Numbered from the stretch's first letter, positions 1 to 8,156 are shown. The stretch is DNA of 64,000 bases from Christensenellales bacterium (GCA_050945875.1 JBMNTT010000004.1:8238-72237), one strand, 5' to 3'. Translations and numbers: made by a program. Notes: a model not told the origin generated them from the letters alone.

Positions 1-126
1 GATGCTCTCGTATTCATCCACAGTCATCACAACAGCGTCAGCGGGTATGAAGTCAGCTCCAACCGGCGCAAATTCCGTATTGTCCGGCATCGAGCAGACT
101 CGCCTGCATTTTCTCGGACGCGGCAT
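1..126 (-). CDS. DUF134 (UPF0251) family predicted DNA-binding protein, partial; continues beyond the window edge
   Basis: My translation of the minus strand from the ATG at 126 gives MPRPRKCRRVCSMPDNTEFAPVGADFIPADAVVMTVDEYESI. An AAGGAGG RBS lies upstream. The ORF is missing from the track because it is truncated by the window edge. Confidence 0.6.
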   Translation of the reverse strand, partial: MPRPRKCRRVCSMPDNTEFAPVGADFIPADAVVMTVDEYESI

Positions 127-181
127 ATTGATCCCTCCTTGGTTTAGGTATCCGGGGCGTCCCCCGAATACAGTGTTCTTC

Positions 182-412
182 TTACAGCTCTTGCAGACGC
201 TTATCGACGGCTGCAAGGCGTTCCTGCAACAAAGTTTTAACAGCGTTCAGAGATTCTCTGCTTTCTGTCGCCGCATAGCGGCAGATACCTGATCCGCGTC
301 CAAAGCCACAGCCATACTGGTTATTGCGGTTTGCCGCACTGCGACAGGCGCGACGGCCAAGACCCGCCCGCATTCCCATACCACGCGGCCCGGTTCCATC
401 CATTCCCGGCAT
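182..412 (-). CDS. DUF5320 domain-containing protein
   Basis: Track ORF 182..445 trimmed to the ATG at 412, which has an AGGAGG RBS upstream. The MPGMDGTGPRGMG Gly/Arg-rich N-terminus and C-terminal coiled coil are typical of DUF5320. The gene sits immediately upstream of DUF134, as in many anaerobes. Confidence 0.75.
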   Translation of the reverse strand: MPGMDGTGPRGMGMRAGLGRRACRSAANRNNQYGCGFGRGSGICRYAATESRESLNAVKTLLQERLAAVDKRLQEL

Positions 413-439
413 TCTATTCTCCTCCTTCATGTGAGTTTG

Positions 440-529
440 CGGCATATGTCGATTACAACTTTAGTATACAACGGTTTACGGCATATGTCAATAACTAATT
501 TGACATATGCCGTAAACTTAATTTATAAA
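440..529. promoter_or_regulatory. Back-to-back promoters embedded in a 17-bp perfect inverted repeat, with CATATG-centred operator-like 12-mers
   Basis: Minus-strand promoter: TTGACA (rc of 486-491), 17-bp spacer, TATACT (rc of 463-468), aimed at DUF5320. A mirrored TTGACA sits at 500-505 on the plus strand with an A/T-rich -10 near 523-529. The inverted repeat is 474-490 / 501-517. The 12-mers CGGCATATGTC(G/A) lie at 440-451 and 479-490, with the reverse complement at 501-512. Confidence 0.5.
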
Positions 530-546
530 ATGATGGTTGAGTTTAT

Positions 547-669
547 CTACCTGTTCGCAGGGCCGCTATGACAGCGATTAGCGATCTTAGGCGTTTCATC
601 CAACCTTCTGAGCCTTGCCGCGCAGCTTGCTCCGCCGGCCACGCCGCCGATTATCAACGCTTTAGCCAT
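547..669 (-). pseudogene. Truncated N-terminal remnant (40 codons) of an FAD-dependent CoA-disulfide reductase / NADH oxidase family gene
   Basis: My translation gives MAKALIIGGVAGGASCAARLRRLDETPKIANRCHSGPANR*. The GGVAGGASCAARLRRLDE stretch is the Rossmann FAD motif of this family. The reading frame loses family resemblance after LDE and stops. The ATG overlaps the stop of the upstream gene. Confidence 0.55.
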
Positions 670-904
670 TTGTATCTTCCTTCTTATCCGTTTCACGCTT
701 CATAGGCGTGATGGTCGAGCCGAGAAGCGCGCCGATAACGCCTCCGTATATGGTTGAAATATATGGATTCGATGTAATCGCGCATGTCCCGCTTGCGCAG
801 CCGACAAACCGATAGAATAAATACCCTCCCACCGCGCCAAGCAGTACCAGTGCAGCAAGCGGCAGATACCTTACCCGTTTCTTGTTTTTCCTTGTGTCGT
901 TCAT
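662..904 (-). CDS. Small membrane protein, DUF6132-like (VGCASGTCAITS motif, two TM helices)
   Basis: Track ORF of 80 aa with an AAGGAGG RBS. It has two hydrophobic helices flanking a GCxSGxCxITS motif. This family is commonly linked to CoADR, rhodanese and thioredoxin genes. Confidence 0.7.
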   Translation of the reverse strand: MNDTRKNKKRVRYLPLAALVLLGAVGGYLFYRFVGCASGTCAITSNPYISTIYGGVIGALLGSTITPMKRETDKKEDTNG

Positions 905-980
905 CTCCTGACCTCCTTTTTATCATTGTATCCGAAGCAAAAAAAGTGTTCCGTAATGTTGTCACCGTGTGTGATTCAAA

Positions 981-1009
981 TTGACATATGTCATAAATTG
1001 CGGTATAAT
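981..1009 (+). promoter_or_regulatory. Promoter of the Crp/Fnr-family gene overlapped by the perfect palindrome TGACATATGTCA
   Basis: TTGACA at 981-986, 17-bp spacer, TATAAT at 1004-1009. The 12-bp perfect palindrome at 982-993 overlaps the -35 box. Confidence 0.55.
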
Positions 1010-1029
1010 AACTAAAAAGGATGTGTACT

Positions 1030-1686
1030 ATGGAACTAAATCAGGTTTTTCCTATCTGGGATAAATTGACCGCACAGGAGAGAGCGCTACTCGAAGGCTC
1101 GGCAGTACGCCGCACAGCGCCCAAGGGGACGCTGCTGCATAATGGCTCGACGGACTGCGTAGGGCTGATACTTATCTGCTCCGGGCAGCTTCGGGCGTAT
1201 ATTCTCTCCGATGAGGGAAGAGAGATCACGATATACAGGCTGTTTGAACGGGATATGTGCCTATTTTCCGCCTCCTGCATGATGCGGAGTATTCAGTTTG
1301 ATGTGACGCTGGAGGTGGAGAAGGATGCGGAGTTATGGATTATTCCGGCAGACGTCTACAAGGAGATCATGGCGCAATCTGCGGTGCTTGCCAACTACAC
1401 CAACGAGCTAATGGCGGCCCGCTTTTCCGAGGTCATGTGGCTCATCGAACAAATCATGTGGAAGAGCTTTGACAAGCGGCTGGCCGCATTTCTTCTGGAA
1501 GAGAGTGTGCTGGATGGCAGTGATACGCTGAAGATCACTCACGACAAAATAGCCGCCCACATGGGCACGGCGCGGGAGGTCGTCACCCGTATGCTGCGCT
1601 ATTTTCAGTCGGAGGGCATGGTGAGCCTAAGCCGGGGGATTGTAGAGTTAAAGGATAGGAAACATCTGGAAGAATTGGCCGGGTGA
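1030..1686 (+). CDS. Crp/Fnr family transcriptional regulator
   Basis: Track ORF 1021..1686. The ATG at 1030 has better RBS spacing. It has an N-terminal cNMP-binding-like barrel and a C-terminal HTH (HDKIAAHMGTAREVVTRMLRYFQSEGMV). Confidence 0.9.
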   Translation: MELNQVFPIWDKLTAQERALLEGSAVRRTAPKGTLLHNGSTDCVGLILICSGQLRAYILSDEGREITIYRLFERDMCLFSASCMMRSIQFDVTLEVEKDAELWIIPADVYKEIMAQSAVLANYTNELMAARFSEVMWLIEQIMWKSFDKRLAAFLLEESVLDGSDTLKITHDKIAAHMGTAREVVTRMLRYFQSEGMVSLSRGIVELKDRKHLEELAG

Positions 1687-1703
1687 ACGGCTGGAATATG
1701 TTG

Positions 1704-1741
1704 AAACGCCGCGCTTATCCTTTGATAAACGCGGCGTTTTC
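1704..1741. terminator. Bidirectional hairpin between convergent genes
   Basis: AAACGCCGCG (1704-1713) pairs with CGCGGCGTTT (1730-1739) and is followed by a T-run. Confidence 0.6.
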
Positions 1742-1745
1742 TATG

Positions 1746-2027
1746 TCACAATTGCGGATGGGTTATATCTGCGTACTCGGGATGATTCAAAAACCACTTA
1801 ACCGCATAAGAACAGGTCGGTATTGCCTTTAGCCCGTCCGCCCTCAGCTTCTCTGCCAGTGCCGTCAGCAGCTTGTCGGCTACGCCTTGTCCCCGCAGTG
1901 AGCTGTTTACCTGTGTAGATGTGATTTCCACGATGTTTTCACTTCGAGGTGTGAAGAATACGCCGGCGATCACCGCGCCTGACGCATCCTCCAGACAAAT
2001 GCTATCTTCTTTTATCACAAAGTCCAT
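1746..2027 (-). CDS. GNAT family N-acetyltransferase (small YjdJ-type)
   Basis: Track ORF of 93 aa. The LRGQGVADKL acetyl-CoA binding motif and the C-terminal CSYAVKWF motif are typical of the short GNAT class. Confidence 0.8.
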   Translation of the reverse strand: MDFVIKEDSICLEDASGAVIAGVFFTPRSENIVEITSTQVNSSLRGQGVADKLLTALAEKLRADGLKAIPTCSYAVKWFLNHPEYADITHPQL

Positions 2028-2056
2028 CCCAAGCCATCCTTACTGCTCCATCGGCG

Positions 2057-2980
2057 TCAGTTACCGCCCGCCAGATATTCCTCCGCGTAATGGGACGCTA
2101 CCGCGCCGTCCGCCGCAGCCGTCACCACCTGACGCATGACCTTCGTGCGCACATCTCCCACGGCAAACACGCCGGGAATATTTGTGCGGGTGGACTCGTC
2201 CGCCACAATGTATCCGCCCTCATCCAGCTCAAGCTGCCCGCGAAACAGCTCCGTGGCGGGCGATCTGCCCACGCTGACGAACAGCCCGTCGCAGGCGACA
2301 GCGCTTTCTTCGCCGGTATGAACGTCTCTCAGCTTTACGCCGGTAAGCCTGTCCCTGTGCAGAAGCTCGGTGACGGCGCTGTTCCACCGAAACTCTACAT
2401 TCTCCGCCTTCATCAACGGCTCATGGTATATTTTTGTCGCTCGCAGCGTGTCCCTGCGGTGTACCAGAATGACCTTTTCGCAGATTCGGGAGAGAAGAAG
2501 CGCATCCGCCGCCGCTGAGTTCCCGCCGCCCACGACGACGACAGTCTTGCCCTTGTATGGCATACCGTCGCAGGCGGCGCAGTAGCACACGCCGCGCCCT
2601 ACAAGGCTTTCCTCCTGATCCACGCCCAAATGCCTGTGTACCGCGCCAGTGGCAATAATTACGGCTCTGCCGGAAAAAGTCCCCTCGCTGGTTTCCACCT
2701 GCTTCGTTTTCCCCACGAGGTCAACGGAACGCACCTCCGCGAGCTCGGTCTTCGCGCCGAACCGCTCCGCGCCCGTCTGCATTTTTTCGCCCAGAAGAAA
2801 CCCGTCAATCCCCTCGTCGAAGCCGGGGTAGTTGTCTATCTGCGTGGTCTGCGCCATCTGGCCTCCAGCCGACAGCTTTTCCAAAACCAGCGTGTCCAGC
2901 CCCGCTCTTGTGCAGTACAGCGCCGCGCTGTAACCAGCGGGGCCGCCGCCTATGACGATCACATCATATACATGGTTCAT
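2057..2980 (-). CDS. trxB: Thioredoxin-disulfide reductase
   Basis: 307 aa with a GGGPAG FAD fold, a CAAC redox-active disulfide (CYCAACDG) and a GGGNSA NADPH fold. Confidence 0.93.
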   Translation of the reverse strand: MNHVYDVIVIGGGPAGYSAALYCTRAGLDTLVLEKLSAGGQMAQTTQIDNYPGFDEGIDGFLLGEKMQTGAERFGAKTELAEVRSVDLVGKTKQVETSEGTFSGRAVIIATGAVHRHLGVDQEESLVGRGVCYCAACDGMPYKGKTVVVVGGGNSAAADALLLSRICEKVILVHRRDTLRATKIYHEPLMKAENVEFRWNSAVTELLHRDRLTGVKLRDVHTGEESAVACDGLFVSVGRSPATELFRGQLELDEGGYIVADESTRTNIPGVFAVGDVRTKVMRQVVTAAADGAVASHYAEEYLAGGN

Positions 2981-2992
2981 TCTGTCCCATCC

Positions 2993-3310
2993 TTAAACAT
3001 ACTGTCGAATCAGGTCTTCAATCTTTGCCTTGGATTCCGGAGCCACGGCGTCGCCCACAGGTTCGCCGTTTTTGAAGACCACCAGTGTGGGAACGACTTC
3101 AACCTGATACGCCTCTGCCAGCTCAGGAGCGTCGTCAATGTTGACCTGTCCCACCGTTAGCTTATCGGCGTATTGCTCCGCAACCTTTGCGAACGCCGGC
3201 GCTATGCGGCGGCAATAGGTACACCACGGAGCGTAAAACTCGATCAGCGCGGGCTTTTGCCCTCCGACTATATCATTGAAGTTATTTTTAGTAATACTCA
3301 AAACAGACAT
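2993..3310 (-). CDS. Thioredoxin family protein with atypical WCTYC active site
   Basis: 105 aa with a thioredoxin fold pattern (FYAPWCTYCRR ... PTLVVFKNGE). Confidence 0.85.
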   Translation of the reverse strand: MSVLSITKNNFNDIVGGQKPALIEFYAPWCTYCRRIAPAFAKVAEQYADKLTVGQVNIDDAPELAEAYQVEVVPTLVVFKNGEPVGDAVAPESKAKIEDLIRQYV

Positions 3311-3396
3311 TTCTGCGTTCCTCCTTTTTGTTGTCTATCAAGCCTTAGTATTGCCCACAGCGGCTGCATAAATCGCGTTGATAATGGTATGATGGC

Positions 3397-3702
3397 TTAC
3401 AACATGGCCGCTATCTGCGCCTTGGGTCTTGCGCCGACCATTTGATTTGCGACCTTACCGTTTTTGATGACAACCAGTGTCGGAATGCTCATCACGTTAA
3501 AGCGCGCGGCCAGCTCCCGCTGCTCGTCCACATTGACCTTTCCGACCTTGACGTTTGCGTTTTCCTCGGCAATCTCATCGACCACGGGGGATACCATACG
3601 GCAGGGGCCGCACCAGCTTGCCCAGAAGTCCAGCAGCACCGGGCGGTCACTTTCTATAACCTCTCTGTCGAAGTTTTCTTTTGTAATTGTGTGTACGGAC
3701 AT
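3397..3702 (-). CDS. trxA: Thioredoxin
   Basis: 101 aa with the canonical WCGPC site ([11 protein letters not shown]) and [10 protein letters not shown]. Confidence 0.9.
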   Translation of the reverse strand: MSVHTITKENFDREVIESDRPVLLDFWASWCGPCRMVSPVVDEIAEENANVKVGKVNVDEQRELAARFNVMSIPTLVVIKNGKVANQMVGARPKAQIAAML

Positions 3703-3723
3703 TTTCTGTTCCTCCTATATTTT

Positions 3724-3963
3724 TTATTCCAGCGTGAGCGCCCGCATGGGGCAGAACTTCACGCACTTTCCGCAGCGGATACACTTCTCATGATCCACAG
3801 TTGGAGCTTCAAATTCTTTTTGTGAGAGCGCACCCACAGGGCAGACCTTTACCGAGGGACAGGGATGATTTTGCGGGCATCTGCTTTTGTTCACCATTAG
3901 ATTTTTTCCACTGTTATCTTCCACCGCAGCCTTGCGGCCAAATCCGAAAGCCATTTTGCTCAC
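3724..3963 (-). CDS. Small 4Fe-4S ferredoxin-like protein
   Basis: 79 aa with CIRCGKCVKFCP plus a second Cys/Pro cluster (CPQNHPCPSVKVCP). It overlaps the upstream gene by 4 nt. Confidence 0.72.
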   Translation of the reverse strand: MSKMAFGFGRKAAVEDNSGKNLMVNKSRCPQNHPCPSVKVCPVGALSQKEFEAPTVDHEKCIRCGKCVKFCPMRALTLE

Positions 3964-4601
3964 GCCCTTTCTTGTTCTTCTGTCTGCATTATATCGTCAG
4001 ATTCCGCCGCGCTCCGTGACCTTATCACGCTCTTTGGGCATTTGGCCTTGCAGATGAGCTGGGTCATAGTCCCCATGGGGCAGTACACGCACCAAGAGCG
4101 TGGCTTATAGAGCAGCATGGTAATGAAGCCCAACACCGTTGAGGTCAGCATGACGCTGTAAAAGCCGAAAGCAAACTGTGCCGTCCACGCGGGCAGAGCG
4201 GTTCCGTGATAGGCCCAATGCCAGGGCAGTTTGAATGTCCAGAGGAGCTTCACCGCCTGCCGAAGCTCCTGCGCACCGGCGAATACTAACCATGTGTTCC
4301 ATAGCATCACAAAAAACATTGTGAAGAAGAAAACTAAGAAGCCGTAGCGGAACCATTTGCTTTTCAGGAATTTCGGCGGATTCTTTCTGCGCGAAAGTCC
4401 GAAGCGTCCGCCGACCAGCGCAAAAAGCTGCCCTCTGCCGCAGTAACGGTTGCAGTACGCTTTGTTTCCGCCGATAATCGCTACAATGAGCGGGATGAAA
4501 AAGCACAGCAGCCCCAGCCACGCAAACATGATGTTGAAAAACCCGAGGATAAGATAGGTCAGCGAAACGATCCACAGATAATCGTACCAGTGTTTCTTCA
4601 T
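3960..4601 (-). CDS. NapH/MauN-like polytopic membrane 4Fe-4S binding protein
   Basis: Track ORF 3960..4652 trimmed to the ATG at 4601 (GGAGGTG RBS; ATGA overlap with the upstream stop). It has several TM helices and the CNRYCGRGQ and WCVYCPMGT motifs. Confidence 0.72.
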   Translation of the reverse strand: MKKHWYDYLWIVSLTYLILGFFNIMFAWLGLLCFFIPLIVAIIGGNKAYCNRYCGRGQLFALVGGRFGLSRRKNPPKFLKSKWFRYGFLVFFFTMFFVMLWNTWLVFAGAQELRQAVKLLWTFKLPWHWAYHGTALPAWTAQFAFGFYSVMLTSTVLGFITMLLYKPRSWCVYCPMGTMTQLICKAKCPKSVIRSRSAAESDDIMQTEEQERA

Positions 4602-4822
4602 GCGGGCACCTCCGTGATCGTGATGACCGATGCCGGGCATTCCTTGACACACTTTCCACAGCCCACACAGCTTGCGGTATCCACTTCAGCGAATATGCCC
4701 TTGAAAATCCTGATGGCCGACTTTGGACACACCTTCACGCAGCACCCGCAGGCGACGCATTCCTCCCGCGACACAGCGGCTTTTCTCTGCTTCTTTTGAA
4801 CTTCCAATCTGCTTCCTCCCAT
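4598..4822 (-). CDS. 2x[4Fe-4S] dicluster ferredoxin-like protein
   Basis: Contains CVACGCCVKVCP and CVGCGKCVKECP. The ATG at 4822 lacks an SD, whereas a TTG at 4807 follows GGGAGGA, so the start is uncertain. Confidence 0.72.
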   Translation of the reverse strand: MGGSRLEVQKKQRKAAVSREECVACGCCVKVCPKSAIRIFKGIFAEVDTASCVGCGKCVKECPASVITITEVPA

Positions 4823-4907
4823 CGCTTGATGAAAAGAGCATACAGGAATGGCATGAAGGCAACCGTGACAAAATCACTCAAAGAGATAGAATTCTAATGA
4901 GGTAGTT

Positions 4908-4947
4908 TAAGCAGCCAAAGGACTTCGAAAATCCTTTGGCTGTTTTT
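4908..4947 (+). terminator. Hairpin plus T-run preceding leader copy A
   Basis: GCAGCCAAAGGA ... TCCTTTGGCTG followed by TTTTT. No plus-strand gene lies upstream of it. Confidence 0.45.
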
Positions 4948-5013
4948 CGTCAAAAGCCCTATCTGATGTCCAGCGAGTTTTGAGGACTGGTTCCTCAGAA
5001 CGGAGGATACAGG
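4943..5013 (+). promoter_or_regulatory. Conserved leader, copy A (upstream of the 78-aa gene)
   Basis: Shares TTTTTCGTCAAAA, the 22-nt identical block CTGATGTCCAGCGAGTTTTGAG and CTCAGAACGGAGGA with 8152-8224. A 9-bp hairpin (4978-4986 / 4992-5000) abuts the RBS. Confidence 0.6.
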
Positions 5014-5250
5014 ATGGACAATGGCTTTTATAGCCGGGTACAAGGCTACAAATCCGCGATGGCGCAGGCGAGAGTTATGCTCTCCGGCGGGTTAATTACT
5101 GCATCTGAGTACGCCATAATTGATACAATGATGGCCGAGAAATACGGCTTATCTTCGTACAGTGTATTTCGGGAGAATGACTTGCTATATAGTAGTATCA
5201 GAGGTAATATGTCACACTACGAGGGGGTGACAGAATGCCAAAAACAATAA
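5014..5250 (+). CDS. Hypothetical small protein co-transcribed with the serine recombinases
   Basis: Track ORF of 78 aa with a GGAGGA RBS. It overlaps the start of the first recombinase by 16 nt. Confidence 0.6.
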   Translation: MDNGFYSRVQGYKSAMAQARVMLSGGLITASEYAIIDTMMAEKYGLSSYSVFRENDLLYSSIRGNMSHYEGVTECQKQ

Positions 5251-6542
5251 ACAGAGTGCCGTTCGCACCGAAGCTGGAGCAGAAAAAGCGCGTCGCTGCT
5301 TACGCCCGCGTTTCCACAGGTAAGGACGCCATGCTGCATTCGCTCTCATCGCAGGTCGGGTACTACAGCGAGGTTATCCAGAAGCGCAGCGATTGGGAGT
5401 ACGCTGGAGTCTATGCCGACGAAGCCCTGACTGGCACAAAGGAAAGCCGGGATGAGTTTCAACGGCTACTCTCCGACTGCCGCGCCGGGCGCATCGATCT
5501 GGTGCTCACCAAGTCCATCTCCCGCTTTGCTCGAAACACGGTCACGCTGCTGGAAGCCGTCCGTGAGTTGAAAGCACTGGAGGTGGACATTTTCTTCGAG
5601 GAACAGAACATTCACACGATGAGTGCCGAGGGCGAGCTGATGCTTACCATACTTGCATCCTACGCACAGGAGGAAAGCCTGTCAGCCAGCGAGAATCAGA
5701 AATGGCGCATTCGCACGGGCTTTGAGAACGGCGAGCTGCTCAACTGGCGGTTTCTGCTCGGATATCGTATTTCAAAGGATGACATAACGGTGGATGAAGA
5801 AACCGCGCCAATCGTCCGCGAGGTGTTCGACCGCGTCATTGCCGGAGAGAGCTTCAGCGCCATCAGTCGGGACTTAAACGCCAGAGGCTTCGCCTGTGCG
5901 CTCGGCGGCAAATGGTGCGCCCAGCGTATTCGGGAAACGGTTGCCAACGAAAAGTACACGGGTAATGCGATGCTGCAAAAACGCTACCGCAACAACCATC
6001 TGGAGAAAAAGCTGTTACGCAACACCGGCGAGTTGCCGATGTTCTACGCTGAAGGTACACATCCCGCCATCATTGATATGGACACCTTCGAGGCGGCGCA
6101 GGAGGTCTTACGGCAGACGAGAGAAACCACAAAGGACAGACCGCGTCCGCAGAAAAGCGAGTTTACGGGTAAGATTTTCTGCCCGTTCTGCGGCAAAGCC
6201 TATAAGCGGAATACCAGCAACGGCTCAGTCGGCTGGAACTGCTCGACTTACCTTTCACAGGGAAAAGCCTACTGCCACGGGAAAAAGATACCGGAATCCA
6301 CGCTGAAAGCCGTCTGTTCCGAGGTGCTTGGGACGGAAGAATACAGTGCGGCAGTATTCGCTGCTACGATTGAGCGCATTGAGGTTCCGGAGGACAACCA
6401 CCTGCGCTTCATTTTTAAGGACGACAATACAGCCGAGCGCACATGGGCAGACCGCTCACGACGGGAAAGCTGGACACCGGAAATGAGGCAAGCCGCTGCT
6501 GAACGAACACGCCAAAGGAGGAAAACACAATGCCAAGAATAA
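5235..6542 (+). CDS. Large serine recombinase (resolvase N-domain + recombinase domain + zinc ribbon)
   Basis: 435 aa. Contains VAAYARVSTGKD (catalytic Ser region), SISRFARN, and a Cys-rich ribbon (CPFCGKAY...CSTY...CHG). Confidence 0.92.
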   Translation: MPKTINRVPFAPKLEQKKRVAAYARVSTGKDAMLHSLSSQVGYYSEVIQKRSDWEYAGVYADEALTGTKESRDEFQRLLSDCRAGRIDLVLTKSISRFARNTVTLLEAVRELKALEVDIFFEEQNIHTMSAEGELMLTILASYAQEESLSASENQKWRIRTGFENGELLNWRFLLGYRISKDDITVDEETAPIVREVFDRVIAGESFSAISRDLNARGFACALGGKWCAQRIRETVANEKYTGNAMLQKRYRNNHLEKKLLRNTGELPMFYAEGTHPAIIDMDTFEAAQEVLRQTRETTKDRPRPQKSEFTGKIFCPFCGKAYKRNTSNGSVGWNCSTYLSQGKAYCHGKKIPESTLKAVCSEVLGTEEYSAAVFAATIERIEVPEDNHLRFIFKDDNTAERTWADRSRRESWTPEMRQAAAERTRQRRKTQCQE

Positions 6543-8110
6543 CAACCATTCCGGCTACCAAAAACCTGTTTACGGCATTGCCGACAGCTTCAGTGGCAAG
6601 GAGAAAAGTAGCCGGATACGCCCGCGTTTCCACGGACAGTGACGAACAGTTCACCAGCTACGAGGCGCAGATCGACTACTACACCAAGTACATCATGGAG
6701 CGTGAGGACTGGCAGTTCATTAAGGTCTATACCGATTCCGGTATTTCGGCGACTAACACCAAACACCGCGACGGCTTTAAAGAGATGGTACGGGACGCGC
6801 TTGCCGGGAAAATAGACCTCATCGTCACCAAGTCGGTCAGCCGCTTCGCCCGTAATACCGTGGACAGTCTCACGACCGTCCGCAAGCTGAAGGAAGCTGG
6901 CGTCGAGGTCTACTTTCAGAAAGAAAACATCTACACCTTTGACGGCAAGGGTGAACTGCTCATCACGATAATGTCCTCGCTGGCGCAGGAGGAAAGCCGG
7001 AGCATTTCTGAGAACGTCACGTGGGGTCAGAGAAAGCGCTTCGCAGACGGGAAGGTCAGTATGCCATACAAGCATTTTCTGGGTTACGAGAAAGGAGCCG
7101 ACGGCACTCCGACGGTCAATGAAGAAGAAGCCGCCGTTGTCAGGCTCATCTACCAGCTTTTCCTTGAGGGAAAGACACCTGCGGGCATTTGCCGGTATCT
7201 GGAGCAGCGGGGTATCCTGACACCGTCTGGCAAACAGAAGTGGAGGCAGACCACTGTGGACAGTATCCTCACCAACGAAAAGTACAAGGGCGACGCGCTC
7301 TTGCAGAAGAAGTTCACGGTCGATTTTCTGCAAAAGAAGATGAAAACCAACGAGGGCGAAGTTCCGCAATACTACGTTGAGAGCAGCCACGAGGCTATTA
7401 TCGAGCCAATCGAATGGGAGATGGTGCAAGCTGAGATTGCTCGACGCAAGGCGCTGGGCAGAGCCTACAGCGGCAGCAGCGTATTTGCGTCACGGCTGGT
7501 ATGCGGCGACTGCGGTGGCTTCTACGGTCAGAAGGTCTGGCACTCCACCGACGCTTACCGCAAAGTGATATGGCGCTGCAACAGCAAGTTTAAAGGCGAA
7601 CAGCGATGCGCCACGCCGCACCTCGATGCGGAAGTCATCCAGCAGAAGTTTTTGATTGCCTATGACCGGCTTATGGCAAGCCGTGAGTCAGTTATCAGCG
7701 ACTGTGAGCAGATACACTCCATGCTTTCGGATTGTTCGGCAATCGACGCAGAGCTTGAATCCTTGACAGCGGAAATCAATGTGGTCGCCGAGCTGGTCAA
7801 AGCCTGCGTTAAGGAGAACGCTTCCACGGCGCAGTCACAGGAGGAATACGCGAAAAAGTACAACGGCCTGCTTGCCCGCTACGAGAAAGCGACAGCACGG
7901 GTCAAGGAGCTTACTTCCGAGAAAGAGCACAAGCAGAGCCGGGAACGTGACCTGCGACTGTTCATCGAGTCACTAAAGAAACAGCCCCTCGTCCTGAAAG
8001 AATGGGACGAAAGGCTGTGGGTGGCACTGATTGACAAAGCGACGGTCTACCGGGACGGCAGGATCGTGTTCCGGTTCAAAGGTGGGAGTGAAATTGAGGT
8101 GGAACCTTGA
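6530..8110 (+). CDS. Large serine recombinase with C-terminal coiled coil
   Basis: 526 aa. Contains VAGYARVSTDSDEQ, SVSRFARNT, the zinc ribbon CGDCGGFY...WRCNSK...C, and a long C-terminal helical region. It overlaps the upstream recombinase by 13 nt. Confidence 0.92.
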   Translation: MPRITTIPATKNLFTALPTASVARRKVAGYARVSTDSDEQFTSYEAQIDYYTKYIMEREDWQFIKVYTDSGISATNTKHRDGFKEMVRDALAGKIDLIVTKSVSRFARNTVDSLTTVRKLKEAGVEVYFQKENIYTFDGKGELLITIMSSLAQEESRSISENVTWGQRKRFADGKVSMPYKHFLGYEKGADGTPTVNEEEAAVVRLIYQLFLEGKTPAGICRYLEQRGILTPSGKQKWRQTTVDSILTNEKYKGDALLQKKFTVDFLQKKMKTNEGEVPQYYVESSHEAIIEPIEWEMVQAEIARRKALGRAYSGSSVFASRLVCGDCGGFYGQKVWHSTDAYRKVIWRCNSKFKGEQRCATPHLDAEVIQQKFLIAYDRLMASRESVISDCEQIHSMLSDCSAIDAELESLTAEINVVAELVKACVKENASTAQSQEEYAKKYNGLLARYEKATARVKELTSEKEHKQSRERDLRLFIESLKKQPLVLKEWDERLWVALIDKATVYRDGRIVFRFKGGSEIEVEP

Positions 8111-8125
8111 TGCAGCATAAAATGA

Positions 8126-8156
8126 ACTGCCGGGATTGATTTCTCGGCAGTTTTTT
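8126..8156 (+). terminator. Terminator after recombinase 2, preceding leader copy B
   Basis: CTGCCGGGATTGATTTCTCGGCAG followed by TTTTTT. Confidence 0.6.

Noticed and set aside
2-292. 96-aa plus-strand ORF at the left edge
   Set aside because: It overlaps the better-supported DUF134 and DUF5320 genes on the minus strand, both of which have RBSs and family motifs.
4865-4877. GTGA-N5-TCAC palindrome upstream of the ferredoxin operon, considered as a CRP-type site
   Set aside because: The spacing (N5) matches neither the CRP/FNR consensus nor the CATATG-centred motif found at 440-993. A single short occurrence is insufficient evidence.
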